This document shows, one piece after another, positions 10,343 through 19,625 of a DNA stretch of 64,000 nt. Under the pieces are notes generated by a model. That model did no database searches and was not told where the DNA came from. It worked only from the letters and a program-made list of their open reading frames with translations. The translations under genes and the position numbers were made by a program. The stretch comes from Candidatus Omnitrophota bacterium (GTDB taxonomy: Bacteria > Omnitrophota > Gorgyraeia > Zapsychrales > Zapsychraceae). Location: assembly GCA_021108075.1 (NCBI GenBank), contig JAIORP010000171.1:68041-132040 (forward strand), given 5' to 3'. Position 1 is the first letter of the stretch. Every line of letters begins with the position of its first letter.

Positions 10343-10923
10343 TTTAATTTCGTCGTCATGACGAAATCCGCAACTTCGATTAGCTTAATTTTTCTCCGTT
10401 GAATCGAACCTAAATCGATGTCAACAAACCCCCGCAGAAAGCCTGCATCTTTTTGAAGCTCAGAAGTAAAGGTGTGCACATTGATCATTTCTTTGTTTTG
10501 CTTCGATATCGCGCTCCCTTCAACAAACAGGACTTTTTTTGTTAATGCAATTTTACGAAGCCATACCCCTGTCGGCACGCTATCGCTGATCAGATTCAGC
10601 TTTTCTGACCAGAGAACACGGTTTCCCATGGTCATTTCTCTAAGAACTTCCTCTGTTCCCTTCAACCGGCGCATTTCCTTAATCACATTATCGATATTGG
10701 TTTTCTTCGGCGCCATCTCATTCCATTGTGCTTGTAATTTCTTGTGTTGATTAATTTTAGTCATATTCACAAACAATAACCCAATATGGGCAATAATCAA
10801 CAAAATAAAAAAGCCCCCACCCAGACCGATGATAATTTCAAGCGGAATATTAAGCCCGCTTGATAACAATGACTTTTTTCTGTCTTTTCTTAAGTTCGAC
10901 GGAACTAAATTAATTTCAATCAT
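10339..10923 (-). CDS. pilN: Type IV pilus assembly protein PilN
   Basis: MIEINLVP (INLLP motif), TM, VPTGVWL. Confidence 0.85.
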   Translation of the reverse strand: MIEINLVPSNLRKDRKKSLLSSGLNIPLEIIIGLGGGFFILLIIAHIGLLFVNMTKINQHKKLQAQWNEMAPKKTNIDNVIKEMRRLKGTEEVLREMTMGNRVLWSEKLNLISDSVPTGVWLRKIALTKKVLFVEGSAISKQNKEMINVHTFTSELQKDAGFLRGFVDIDLGSIQRRKIKLIEVADFVMTTKLK

Positions 10924-11977
10924 ATTCGTACAGGGCCAGGCCTATCGCAACGCCTAATTTTAAAAATTTTTTATTAATGTCTTCTTGCGGCATGTCTTCC
11001 GGCAAACTCAATGAACTCAAAGGATTCCAGCAACTGATTTCAATCCCAAGATTTTTTTCTAAAGTCTCCGCAACCCCTTGCAACATGGACCCACCGCCCG
11101 TTAAAAATAATTTGTCAATTGGAATATCCTTCTCCGTTGAAAAATAATCAAAAGACAGCCGCAATTCCCGGATAATATTCATGGTTGCTAACTCACAAGC
11201 GTTTGAAACAGCCTGTTTCTTTGCTCCAGGATTTTTCTTGATCTCTTCGGCTTCCTTTAAAGCAACGCCAAGGGCATTACTAATCCTTTTTGTAAAGTCT
11301 TGGCCCCCAATAAAAATATCGCGGATAAACCAGGGCATCTTGTTAATCACGATCGTTAAATTACTGACCGATTCGCCCATATCCAGAATAGCGATCGCCT
11401 TGTCCTTTGACACATCGTCCTCTGTGATATCCAACATATTGATAATATTGATCTGCGCGATCGGATTAAGACCGATAAAATCAACATGATATCCGAGCTC
11501 CGACAATAATTTGACGCGTTGATCAATCAACTCTTTTTTAGCTGATGCGGCCATAACGTTCATCATTTTCCCTTTAGGATTAGGGTCCAGGATAAAACAA
11601 TCCGTGTAAATATCTTCTTGCGCAAAGGGGAAATATTTATCGGCTTCAAGGGCGAACGAATTCCTGAGATCTTCAATGGACATAACCGGCATTTCAATAA
11701 AACGGATTAAGGTTCCCTTTCCGGATATGGCCGTGTAGACCGATTTAGAAACAGCGTCCAAAGAAGTTATAATTTTTTGAATGGTGTCAGCTAAACGACC
11801 GTCAATGACCGGTTCGATCGCCCAATTGACGAGTTCAATTTTATCGGCATGTTTGGCCAACTGGACCAATTTGCACTCGGCCGGCCCGATATCCAGACCG
11901 ACAGAATACACTTTCTTCTGCTGATCCGGGATCAGTTTCCGAATCAAACCGAAATAGCCATCTAAAATATTAGACAT
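10916..11977 (-). CDS. pilM: Type IV pilus assembly protein PilM
   Basis: Actin-like fold: VGLDIG, ILDMG, LTGGGS, AIGLAL. Confidence 0.92.
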   Translation of the reverse strand: MSNILDGYFGLIRKLIPDQQKKVYSVGLDIGPAECKLVQLAKHADKIELVNWAIEPVIDGRLADTIQKIITSLDAVSKSVYTAISGKGTLIRFIEMPVMSIEDLRNSFALEADKYFPFAQEDIYTDCFILDPNPKGKMMNVMAASAKKELIDQRVKLLSELGYHVDFIGLNPIAQINIINMLDITEDDVSKDKAIAILDMGESVSNLTIVINKMPWFIRDIFIGGQDFTKRISNALGVALKEAEEIKKNPGAKKQAVSNACELATMNIIRELRLSFDYFSTEKDIPIDKLFLTGGGSMLQGVAETLEKNLGIEISCWNPLSSLSLPEDMPQEDINKKFLKLGVAIGLALYEYD

Positions 11978-12178
11978 AATAATCGATATTTATCCTTTGT
12001 ATTTCATAAATATAAATACTATGAAGTATTTACAAAAATTACCAAATAATTGGTATTATATCAAATCCAGGCTAAAAAATAAGTTTTTTCAAATTTATTT
12101 TTCATGATCTTTTGATGGGTTCAATATGTCTATCTCAACACCACCAAACCCCGGTTCCCACCTCCCTGTGTTTTTGAC

Positions 12179-12550
12179 CTATTGCATTAATATCTGACTG
12201 TCCAATGGCATCTCATGCACAACGCCTTCAACTAATTCTCTATCCGTATGCATACGCGTATCGGAACCATGCATATGTGATTGTAAAAGCTCCTCATCGT
12301 GTTCATCCTGCTTAACCAATTTTGTCTGAATTTGCACCTTTTCCGGTGTTTTAACCCGCGTGACCTGTGGTGTGAATTCTGATAACTGCTGTTTCTCAAT
12401 GGACTCAAACTCTTGATTGACCTTATTGTTGCCCCAAATGATCACGCCAATAATCAGAATAATAAACACCACAAGTCCTGGCAAAGCCCCTTTGGACTGT
12501 CCGGAACAGTCCCGCCCAATCAATGCTGTTGTTGGCCTTCGCCTATCCAT
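12179..12550 (-). CDS. Hypothetical single-pass membrane protein in pilin operon
   Basis: 123 aa ORF overlapping the pilX-like stop by 1 nt; one hydrophobic segment. Confidence 0.6.
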   Translation of the reverse strand: MDRRRPTTALIGRDCSGQSKGALPGLVVFIILIIGVIIWGNNKVNQEFESIEKQQLSEFTPQVTRVKTPEKVQIQTKLVKQDEHDEELLQSHMHGSDTRMHTDRELVEGVVHEMPLDSQILMQ

Positions 12551-14268
12551 TAAACCCCTCCTTCTTGCCAGACCAGCTTATCCGTTAAATCGTTTGTAAA
12601 CCCAACAAACGTGTTTAATGTCGGGAAATATGGTGGGGATTTCCCCATTAATGTCCTCTCATCATACACAAAATTACGGCCATAACCCGATAGTTGCGAA
12701 CCGGTCGATCCATTAAAAAGTCCAAAAGCGCCATAGAACTGCGTAATGACACCACCCAATAATGTGGCTGTTCCTCTTGGGCCTACTCCCGTATCATTAT
12801 AATTGTCCACGGTAAAAATGCCATTCCGTCCTAATACAATACCATGAATTTCAACATCATTCGGTGCCGAACTTCCTATCCGAACATCCCCGCCCCAGGA
12901 AAGAAGACCTAAAAGATTTGTATTACCAACCGCGTCTGGACCAGAGTATCCGGGATTACCCGGACTCCCTGAAGCAGCCGAATAATTTTGATATTTCAAA
13001 TCACCACCGACAATAATATCCCACTCGCTGGAAACCGTAATTTCTGTATCTTGCTGAACGACTCCTGAAATCGAATCAACCTGACCGTCGACATAAATGA
13101 TCGTGCCAACATCATCCATTCCATCAGGAACTCCAGTGTAGACATTCACGACCGATCCGTCATCAACAGACGTCGTATTATTGACTTGATCGACAATAAT
13201 AAACATCGATCCTGTCGTTGGTTCACTGATGTTATAGGTCGCGTTGCCACTTCCGTCGACACCCAAAACGATGGTGGAATCACCGCGGATAAAAATTCCT
13301 CCTGTAAGATTTACGCCATCATTGGAAACAAAAATACCATTTCCAACAATATTCGTTCCTCCGGTTGCCTGATCCTGCAAATCACCTTTTTGAACAGATG
13401 ATGGCAATACAATTGTGGCCTCTCCGCGAAGGAAAGAAGAGTTAAAGATAGGAACATCTGCCGAACCGTTAAAGTGATGGTCGATTAAAACAGGTGAACC
13501 ATTATTATAGAACCTGGCTTTTGTCAAATGCTGGGATATGGCTCCATCAAAAATTCCACCCGGATTAAAAGCGAAGCTGAATCGTTCATTCGTATGGACA
13601 GGACCTTCAAAATTCGTTCTGTTCGTAAACCATACGGAGGAACCGCTGGGAAGTCCGTGGTGGTCGGTAAACAACGCAAATTTAGCGAAATTATCGCGTT
13701 GAACCCGAATGGTAAAATCACCCGAAATCAACACTTCCCGGTTTAAATTACCGCTCGTCCCACCACCTTCCACACGGTAATTATACGGAAAGTCCCACGT
13801 ATCTGTCGAGACCGTGATCGGATTGCCTTTGGCCATGACGATCACATCATAGTCAAAAGTTCCTGTTGCTAGAGTTACCGTGCTCGAGGTATGTGTCGCT
13901 GATAACCCATCCGAAGCTAAGGTAAAGATCGGTGTTCCTCCATCCTCAGCATATTCAATAAGAAAACCTAATGAATCATTGCTGGCAACATAATTGCTCG
14001 CTGAGTTTCCAACGACCTGCGGATTTTTTTGCCCGATCGTCGTCGATAAATCCGTATTGATAAAATCATCCAAATTGTACAACCCTGCGTGTGCGGCGGC
14101 TTCTCCAATGTAGAAGGCTTTGGTCAAATCTCTTTCCATGCGTGCCAGGTTGTTTTCATTAACAGAGCGAAGCAGGAACATAGAACTTATTGATAACAGG
14201 ACCAAAACAACAAATAGAGAAACTAAAAGAGCAGCACCTTTTTCGTTTTTTAAGATCACGATGATCAC
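12550..14268 (-). CDS. PilX-like minor pilin with large Gly/beta-rich C-terminal domain
   Basis: NEKG|AALLVSL leader, KAFYIGEAA PilX N-terminal motif, FEGPVHTN, FVYDER. Confidence 0.8.
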   Translation of the reverse strand: MIIVILKNEKGAALLVSLFVVLVLLSISSMFLLRSVNENNLARMERDLTKAFYIGEAAAHAGLYNLDDFINTDLSTTIGQKNPQVVGNSASNYVASNDSLGFLIEYAEDGGTPIFTLASDGLSATHTSSTVTLATGTFDYDVIVMAKGNPITVSTDTWDFPYNYRVEGGGTSGNLNREVLISGDFTIRVQRDNFAKFALFTDHHGLPSGSSVWFTNRTNFEGPVHTNERFSFAFNPGGIFDGAISQHLTKARFYNNGSPVLIDHHFNGSADVPIFNSSFLRGEATIVLPSSVQKGDLQDQATGGTNIVGNGIFVSNDGVNLTGGIFIRGDSTIVLGVDGSGNATYNISEPTTGSMFIIVDQVNNTTSVDDGSVVNVYTGVPDGMDDVGTIIYVDGQVDSISGVVQQDTEITVSSEWDIIVGGDLKYQNYSAASGSPGNPGYSGPDAVGNTNLLGLLSWGGDVRIGSSAPNDVEIHGIVLGRNGIFTVDNYNDTGVGPRGTATLLGGVITQFYGAFGLFNGSTGSQLSGYGRNFVYDERTLMGKSPPYFPTLNTFVGFTNDLTDKLVWQEGGV

Positions 14269-14271
14269 CCC

Positions 14272-14961
14272 CTATTTATTTCGTAAATATATGTTAATCG
14301 AGCTTGACCCTGTTACTGTGCGGCCATCATCAGCATTGGTTTGCGCTGTTGTTGTCACAGTGACCACATTCTGATCCGTGCTTAAGCTCGCTTGAAAATC
14401 CGTTACATTGTCAGCAAAAATATCTTCGCGCACGAGTCCATTTGAGCCGTCAAATACGCGGCGCACCAATTGATTGCTCCCGTTCATAGCGTATTCAAGC
14501 GATCCATAATCCCGCGTCAAACAATCGTTGTCAGCGTCCATACACGTCGAGGATGTGCAACCCCACGTCAATGGCGCGCCCCAGTTGGCTACATCGCCAT
14601 TGCTATCGATCACAGATCCGTTTGCCTCGCAGAGGATCGGCATCGAAAATCCCAGCAGATCCGACATGCCGGGACCGCCTGAATTCAAAATCGAAACTTG
14701 CATAACCCCGTTCAAATCATCCCCGCTTTGTCTCAATTCTTTGGAAAGCCTTTGATTCGTTTTCCTCAAACTGTCTCGCAAACGGATTTGGGCATCTGTT
14801 GTCAGCCAACTTGTTTGGCTGGTTGACATCATGGTATAAACTCCAGCTGACATAGCGACAAAAATACTCATTGCGACCATGATTTCAATCAGGGTAATCC
14901 CCCGGTTCGACCTTATTGTTTTGTTGGCCCGTATTTTCTTAACGACTTTATTTTTCCGCAT
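14272..14961 (-). CDS. PilW-like minor pilin
   Basis: NRG|ITLIEIMVA prepilin motif; start moved to ATG 14961 (GGAG RBS) to avoid overlap with the upstream pilin. Confidence 0.8.
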   Translation of the reverse strand: MRKNKVVKKIRANKTIRSNRGITLIEIMVAMSIFVAMSAGVYTMMSTSQTSWLTTDAQIRLRDSLRKTNQRLSKELRQSGDDLNGVMQVSILNSGGPGMSDLLGFSMPILCEANGSVIDSNGDVANWGAPLTWGCTSSTCMDADNDCLTRDYGSLEYAMNGSNQLVRRVFDGSNGLVREDIFADNVTDFQASLSTDQNVVTVTTTAQTNADDGRTVTGSSSINIYLRNK

Positions 14962-14974
14962 GTCAAACTCCATA

Positions 14975-15433
14975 TCAAATATTGTACATATAACTAATAA
15001 TTTCAACCGTCGAATCCAGACGGCCATTACCATTCGTGTCTTCTCCGCCATCTAATTGACCATTCAGGTTTGTGTCTTCTCCTATAATACGTCCGTTCTT
15101 TTGCTGCCAACAGACGACAACCGTAATCTCGAGTAAATCAACAACTGTATTGTCAACATAGCTCACGCCCATACCCGTCACACCTGGCACAGTAAAAGTC
15201 GCGTTGTGATAAGTCCCTAGCACAGTTGTAAAAACCGCATTACGGATGTCCTCCATGCGCGATTTTGCCTCCAAGGTCGCTATTGAGGAATTGCGGGCTA
15301 AATCATTGAGCTCTAGACACTTCACAAAAGTTAAAAGCATGCCGACAAACATCAAAACAAATATCACGGCCGCCACCATGACCTCGACCAATGTGAACCC
15401 TTCCTGTTTTTTGATTTTCATTTTTCCCTTCAT
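14975..15433 (-). CDS. PilV-like minor pilin
   Basis: QEG|FTLVEVMVA motif; C-terminal EDTNxNGxLD repeated twice. Confidence 0.82.
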   Translation of the reverse strand: MKGKMKIKKQEGFTLVEVMVAAVIFVLMFVGMLLTFVKCLELNDLARNSSIATLEAKSRMEDIRNAVFTTVLGTYHNATFTVPGVTGMGVSYVDNTVVDLLEITVVVCWQQKNGRIIGEDTNLNGQLDGGEDTNGNGRLDSTVEIISYMYNI

Positions 15434-15466
15434 CTTTCCTTCCTCAATATCACAGGTTCGCTACTA

Positions 15467-15495
15467 TAAAAGGGGGGGACTATTATAGTCCCCCT
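15467..15495 (-). terminator. Intrinsic terminator after the major pilin
   Basis: Minus strand GGGGGACTA-TAA-TAGTCCCCC stem-loop followed by CCTTTT, about 30 nt after the pilin stop. Confidence 0.75.
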
Positions 15496-15527
15496 CGCAT
15501 CTCAACAATCTGTAACATTAACAGACA

Positions 15528-15935
15528 TTAGGGCGCTGCTGCAGCCGTAAGAATACTGCCTGTGGTCATCGTAAATATACGGGTACCTGTTTGACCAGAT
15601 GTTAATGGAGTAGCGACTAAAGTATAACCACCTGCAGCCCAAGTACAAGTATAACCGTAACCGGCTGTACCTAATGTGCAATAGTCTGCGTTGATATACG
15701 GTGGTGTTGCGCCAGTAAGATTGGCTACGGCTGCCGGGTAGTTTCCATTATTAGCCGTGGCAAATGTTTCTGCTGATGTTGATAGTGTCCGCAATGTACT
15801 TTGAGCTAAAGCCTCATTTGAGGATACTTTAGCCCTGAGTAAATTAGGGATGGCGATCGCCGCTAATAGAGCGATAATCGCGACAACGATCATAATTTCA
15901 ACTAGAGTAAAACCTCTTTGATCTCTTCTTTTCAT
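15528..15935 (-). CDS. pilA: Major type IV pilin
   Basis: QRG|FTLVEIMIVVAIIALLAAIAIP, 135 aa, C-terminal Cys pair, strong GGAGG RBS, own terminator. Confidence 0.85.
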   Translation of the reverse strand: MKRRDQRGFTLVEIMIVVAIIALLAAIAIPNLLRAKVSSNEALAQSTLRTLSTSAETFATANNGNYPAAVANLTGATPPYINADYCTLGTAGYGYTCTWAAGGYTLVATPLTSGQTGTRIFTMTTGSILTAAAAP

Positions 15936-16088
15936 TTCTGCCTCCTGTTTTGAGCCACCTTCTACTTGATCAATTCCAGGAATTAAAATGAAATAATAAT
16001 GACATTGCTTTAGCGGAATTTTTCAAGCCATTGGCTCATGGTTTTCATACTGCCATGTACTCTGCCTGTGCTTCAAAACATTACTAGA

Positions 16089-16118
16089 ATTCTATTATCG
16101 ACCCCCTTTCCGTGTCAA
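16089..16118 (-). promoter_or_regulatory. Putative sigma70 promoter proximal to the pilin
   Basis: Minus strand TTGACA-N18-TAGAAT. Confidence 0.55.
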
Positions 16119-16281
16119 ATCATATATATTATTTTTAAGAACAACTGTTCGATCTATTTTCTGCAACTTCAGATTGAATGGCAGGGCGGGATAGCACGCA
16201 CACCACCAGAATCGTCGGCATCTCCCTATCAAATTGTCAAAAAATCTATTTTTCACGATCATTTTCAATCTCCTAACACCC

Positions 16282-16317
16282 AAAAAAAAACCTACTCCTT
16301 CAATAAGGAATAGGTTT
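16282..16317 (-). terminator. Intrinsic terminator, probable riboswitch expression platform
   Basis: Minus strand AAACCTATTCCTT-ATTG-AAGGAGTAGG followed by T9, about 30 nt 3' of the aptamer. Confidence 0.8.
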
Positions 16318-16346
16318 AAAATCACAAAAATACACTAAATTTTCGT

Positions 16347-16430
16347 TAGCGGCAACTGGCTACCCTTTTCAGGGCCCTGTAGTTTTGTGTCCCATCCTTA
16401 CGGAAGGTTTACCTTTATCACCAGACGCTA
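16347..16430 (-). ncRNA. Cyclic di-GMP-I (GEMM) riboswitch aptamer
   Basis: Minus strand UAGCG...AAAGGUAAACCUUCC-GUAA-GGAUGGGACACAAAACUACAGGGCCCUGAAAAGGGUAGCCAGUUGC-CGCUA matches the GEMM-I pattern GGYAAACC..GNRA..GGGACRCAAAR...RGCC.GUUGCC; closing UAGCG/CGCUA helix. Confidence 0.88.
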
Positions 16431-16443
16431 TTGCGTCAATTGA

Positions 16444-16473
16444 AGTATAACATGCTAAAGTTCGCGATGTCAA
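16444..16473 (-). promoter_or_regulatory. Sigma70 promoter driving the riboswitch leader
   Basis: Minus strand TTGACA-N18-TATACT with extended TG; predicted start just upstream of the aptamer. Confidence 0.7.
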
Positions 16474-16658
16474 CGTCACCAGGAAAAAAATTCCACTTTT
16501 TCGCCCAATCAACGTATTCTTTTATTGCCCCCTATACTATAAAAGCAGATCATAATAAATATTTCCCTTTTCTTTCCATGTTTTATGTGGCATAACTGTA
16601 AATAAACATGGCCTCCGTCATCCATCTTGTTCAACTTTAAAGGAGTATATATAATAAT

Positions 16659-18596
16659 ATGATTCATAATTATAAATATGACCCATTTCAACAAAAAGCG
16701 ATTGATTTTATTAATCAAGGGCATTCTGTTATCGTCTCAGCGCCAACTGGCGCCGGCAAGACGGCTATAGCCGAACATGTGATCCACCAATGTTTACAAA
16801 ATAATCAAAAAGTCATCTACACCGCCCCTATTAAGGCTCTCAGCAATCAAAAATATCGCGAGTTTCAAAAGTTGGCCAAAAATCAAGTCGGAATTTTAAC
16901 GGGTGATATCACTCTCAACCCAACGGCATCCATACTTATCATGACAACGGAAATCTTTCGTAACAAAATTCTGACAGAACTAGCTATATTAAAAGAATAT
17001 AAATGGATCATTTTTGACGAAATTCATTACATCGACGATTGGGACCGGGGGACCGTCTGGGAAGAATCCCTCATTTTTCTTCCCGACCACATGAAGATAT
17101 TAGGTTTATCAGCAACGATTCCCAACAGTCAGGAACTGAAGAAATGGATTGAATCAATTCATACCCAATCCATAAAAATTATAAAGGAAGACCACCGCCC
17201 CGTACCTTTGCATTTTTTCTATCAATGCCAGGGGAAAATTTATGATGATTTAGAAAAAGTCGTCCATTATGGATATCGATCAAAAGAGCACAAACATTTA
17301 TCCGGCCAAAAACTTCCTCGCTACGTCCACCTGAAGCCTAATCCATTGAAGCCGCTCATCGAAGATCTGTTCAATAAAGACATGTTACCCTGCATCTATT
17401 TTGTCTTCAGCCGAAAACGCACGGCCCTGCTGGCCGAAGAAATTCAAGATATTAAATTTTTAACAAAAGGACAAAGCGAGAGCATTCTCGATCATTATGA
17501 CAATCTTTGTGAGCTCTTTGAACTGGAAGACGAGCCCAGCGCATTAGAACTGCGACCTTTTATCGCTCAGGGCATAGCCTACCATCACGCTGGAATGCTG
17601 CCGACATTAAAAGAGGTCGTTGAAAGACTTTTTACAAGCCGGGCGCTGAAAATCATATTCACCACAGAGACATTCGCATTAGGCATCAATATGCCGGCGA
17701 GGACCGTCATCTTTGATGAACTACGGAAATACTATGGCAACCGCTTTGCAACATTACGCACCAGAGACTTTTATCAAATGGCCGGTCGAGCCGGCCGACG
17801 GTCCATTGATGTTGAAGGGTATGTCTTCTGCCGGATCAATCCGCATTTCATTCGTCCGGATGAAGTCTTCCAAATGATTTATGGCAAACCAGAGAAAATC
17901 CAGTCTCAATTCAATGCGTCTTATGCTACGGTTTTGAATCTTTACCAACAATACCGGGATGATTTGATCCGGATATATCCCCGTTCATTTCACTTCTTTC
18001 AAAAACGCCGTTTTCTGCACAAAAAAGCCATCGCCTTGCTGAAAGGTAAAATTGATATTTTAAAAGAGCTTAAACATATTCAAAACAACGAACTAACAAC
18101 AAAAGGCTTCTTTGCCAGTCAAGTTTACGGATATGAATTGGTGCTGGGGGAATTATTCTCTGAAGGCAATCTAAACACATTGTCCCTTCAGGAATTAGGC
18201 GTGCTTGCGCTCGCCATTGTCTATGAACCCCGTAAGGGAATCGTCAAACCTCAACCCACAGAAACAATCCTCAGGCTGGAAAGCATGGCAAAGTTGGCCA
18301 TCAGAAAAATCCATAAACATGAAAAGACCGTTGGCTTGACGCAACTGAGCAAACGCTGTTATTTTCATTTATCGAATGTCCTGCTTGCCTGGATCAAGAA
18401 AAAACCCTTTCAACAAATATTAGAATACACCAATGCCGATGAAGGAGAGATTGTCCGGTACATGAGAATGACCTTACAACTTTTACGCCAAATGCTGGAC
18501 GGTCCCATCAATGAACCACTTAAGAACAAGGTAGACAAATTGATTCATCTTATTAATCGGGGCGTTATTGATTCGAAAAAACAATTACGGGGATAG
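16659..18596 (+). CDS. Ski2/HelY-like DEAD/DEAH-box helicase
   Basis: APTGAGKT, PIKALSNQK, DEIH, LSAT, HHAG, QMAGRAGRR; DSHCT-like EGEIVR. Confidence 0.9.
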   Translation: MIHNYKYDPFQQKAIDFINQGHSVIVSAPTGAGKTAIAEHVIHQCLQNNQKVIYTAPIKALSNQKYREFQKLAKNQVGILTGDITLNPTASILIMTTEIFRNKILTELAILKEYKWIIFDEIHYIDDWDRGTVWEESLIFLPDHMKILGLSATIPNSQELKKWIESIHTQSIKIIKEDHRPVPLHFFYQCQGKIYDDLEKVVHYGYRSKEHKHLSGQKLPRYVHLKPNPLKPLIEDLFNKDMLPCIYFVFSRKRTALLAEEIQDIKFLTKGQSESILDHYDNLCELFELEDEPSALELRPFIAQGIAYHHAGMLPTLKEVVERLFTSRALKIIFTTETFALGINMPARTVIFDELRKYYGNRFATLRTRDFYQMAGRAGRRSIDVEGYVFCRINPHFIRPDEVFQMIYGKPEKIQSQFNASYATVLNLYQQYRDDLIRIYPRSFHFFQKRRFLHKKAIALLKGKIDILKELKHIQNNELTTKGFFASQVYGYELVLGELFSEGNLNTLSLQELGVLALAIVYEPRKGIVKPQPTETILRLESMAKLAIRKIHKHEKTVGLTQLSKRCYFHLSNVLLAWIKKKPFQQILEYTNADEGEIVRYMRMTLQLLRQMLDGPINEPLKNKVDKLIHLINRGVIDSKKQLRG

Positions 18597-18610
18597 GAAA
18601 AAAACGCGGC

Positions 18611-19615
18611 TTAATTATAGGCCTCTTTGAAAAGCTTCTTCAGGTTAAACAAGTCTTTTTTTAATAAATTATTTTCATGTTTTAAAATTTTTAAATTCTC
18701 TTCAAATTGAAAAAACTCCGCGTTGCTGGCCGAAAGATCAATTTTATTAGTCTTAATTTTCTTTTTCGCCTTATTCAGAATGTCTTCTAATTCCATGCGA
18801 TTAACACCCAGAGATTTAATGTCCATGAAAAAATTCTCGATTGTTTCTTTCTTTGAGATCTCCAATTGATGAGTCGTATGCCTCAACTTTTTTTCTTCGG
18901 TAATAAAAATCTTCAGTTCATCTTCGGCGATAACCAATTGCTGCTTCAAAACAATTTGCTCTTCTCGATAATTCGATAATTGCGATAATGGTTTATAGTA
19001 TCGTTTTTTTAACGACTGTATTTCTCTGCGGATCAATTTCAGGTTAAACTCACTGTCCGTTCTAAGCTCTAACAAACGGTTTTTCTCGCTGACATAGTCC
19101 AGGTTGCGAGTTTTCTTGTCAATGATACTTTTTAATTGATGGATCTCATTCTCAAGATAAACCACTTCTTGTTTCATTTGGATGATATCATCTTGAAGCG
19201 TCATTTGAGCGTCTTCCTGGTCCTCGGTGTGCCGGGTCAGAATGTGCTGCTGTTGCCTCCGCGCCTCTTGCGCACGAAGATCTCTTTGATAGTCCTGGCG
19301 GCTAATATCGGATTGCTCTCGGGAGATCCGGTCCTCTTCATCGATGTCCTGTTGCGGGGATGGACTCTTTTGTTCCAGGCGCTCTAACTCTTGCTCAAGA
19401 AGATAAATCTGTTGACGGAAGGAATCATTTTCCCGCGCTAACCAACGGTTGTTCAGCTTAACTTGTTCGACCTGAGCCTTCAAACTCTTTAACCCGCACA
19501 GTAAGTTCTCGTCTTTATCAGGGTTAAGCCTCCGCGTTCCCGCAGCAGCGGAATGAAATCCCATCAGGATAAAAAGGATAGCGATGCAAGAAATGGTTTG
19601 TTTGTGATCATTCAT
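18611..19615 (-). CDS. Hypothetical exported coiled-coil protein
   Basis: Signal-peptide-like N-terminus; heptad-rich E/K/Q/L sequence; directly downstream of pilC. Confidence 0.65.
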   Translation of the reverse strand: MNDHKQTISCIAILFILMGFHSAAAGTRRLNPDKDENLLCGLKSLKAQVEQVKLNNRWLARENDSFRQQIYLLEQELERLEQKSPSPQQDIDEEDRISREQSDISRQDYQRDLRAQEARRQQQHILTRHTEDQEDAQMTLQDDIIQMKQEVVYLENEIHQLKSIIDKKTRNLDYVSEKNRLLELRTDSEFNLKLIRREIQSLKKRYYKPLSQLSNYREEQIVLKQQLVIAEDELKIFITEEKKLRHTTHQLEISKKETIENFFMDIKSLGVNRMELEDILNKAKKKIKTNKIDLSASNAEFFQFEENLKILKHENNLLKKDLFNLKKLFKEAYN

Positions 19616-19625
19616 AAAGAATTTT

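Noticed and set aside
12040-12069. TACCAAATAATTGGTA followed by TTA-TATCAAATCCA, like collapsed MITE ends upstream of pilM
   Set aside because: Too short, no matching target duplication or partner end; could be chance in AT-rich DNA
16038-16325. Short ORFs 16038-16313 (+) and 16095-16325 (-) in the pilin leader
   Set aside because: They cross a terminator and a promoter motif and have no recognisable protein features
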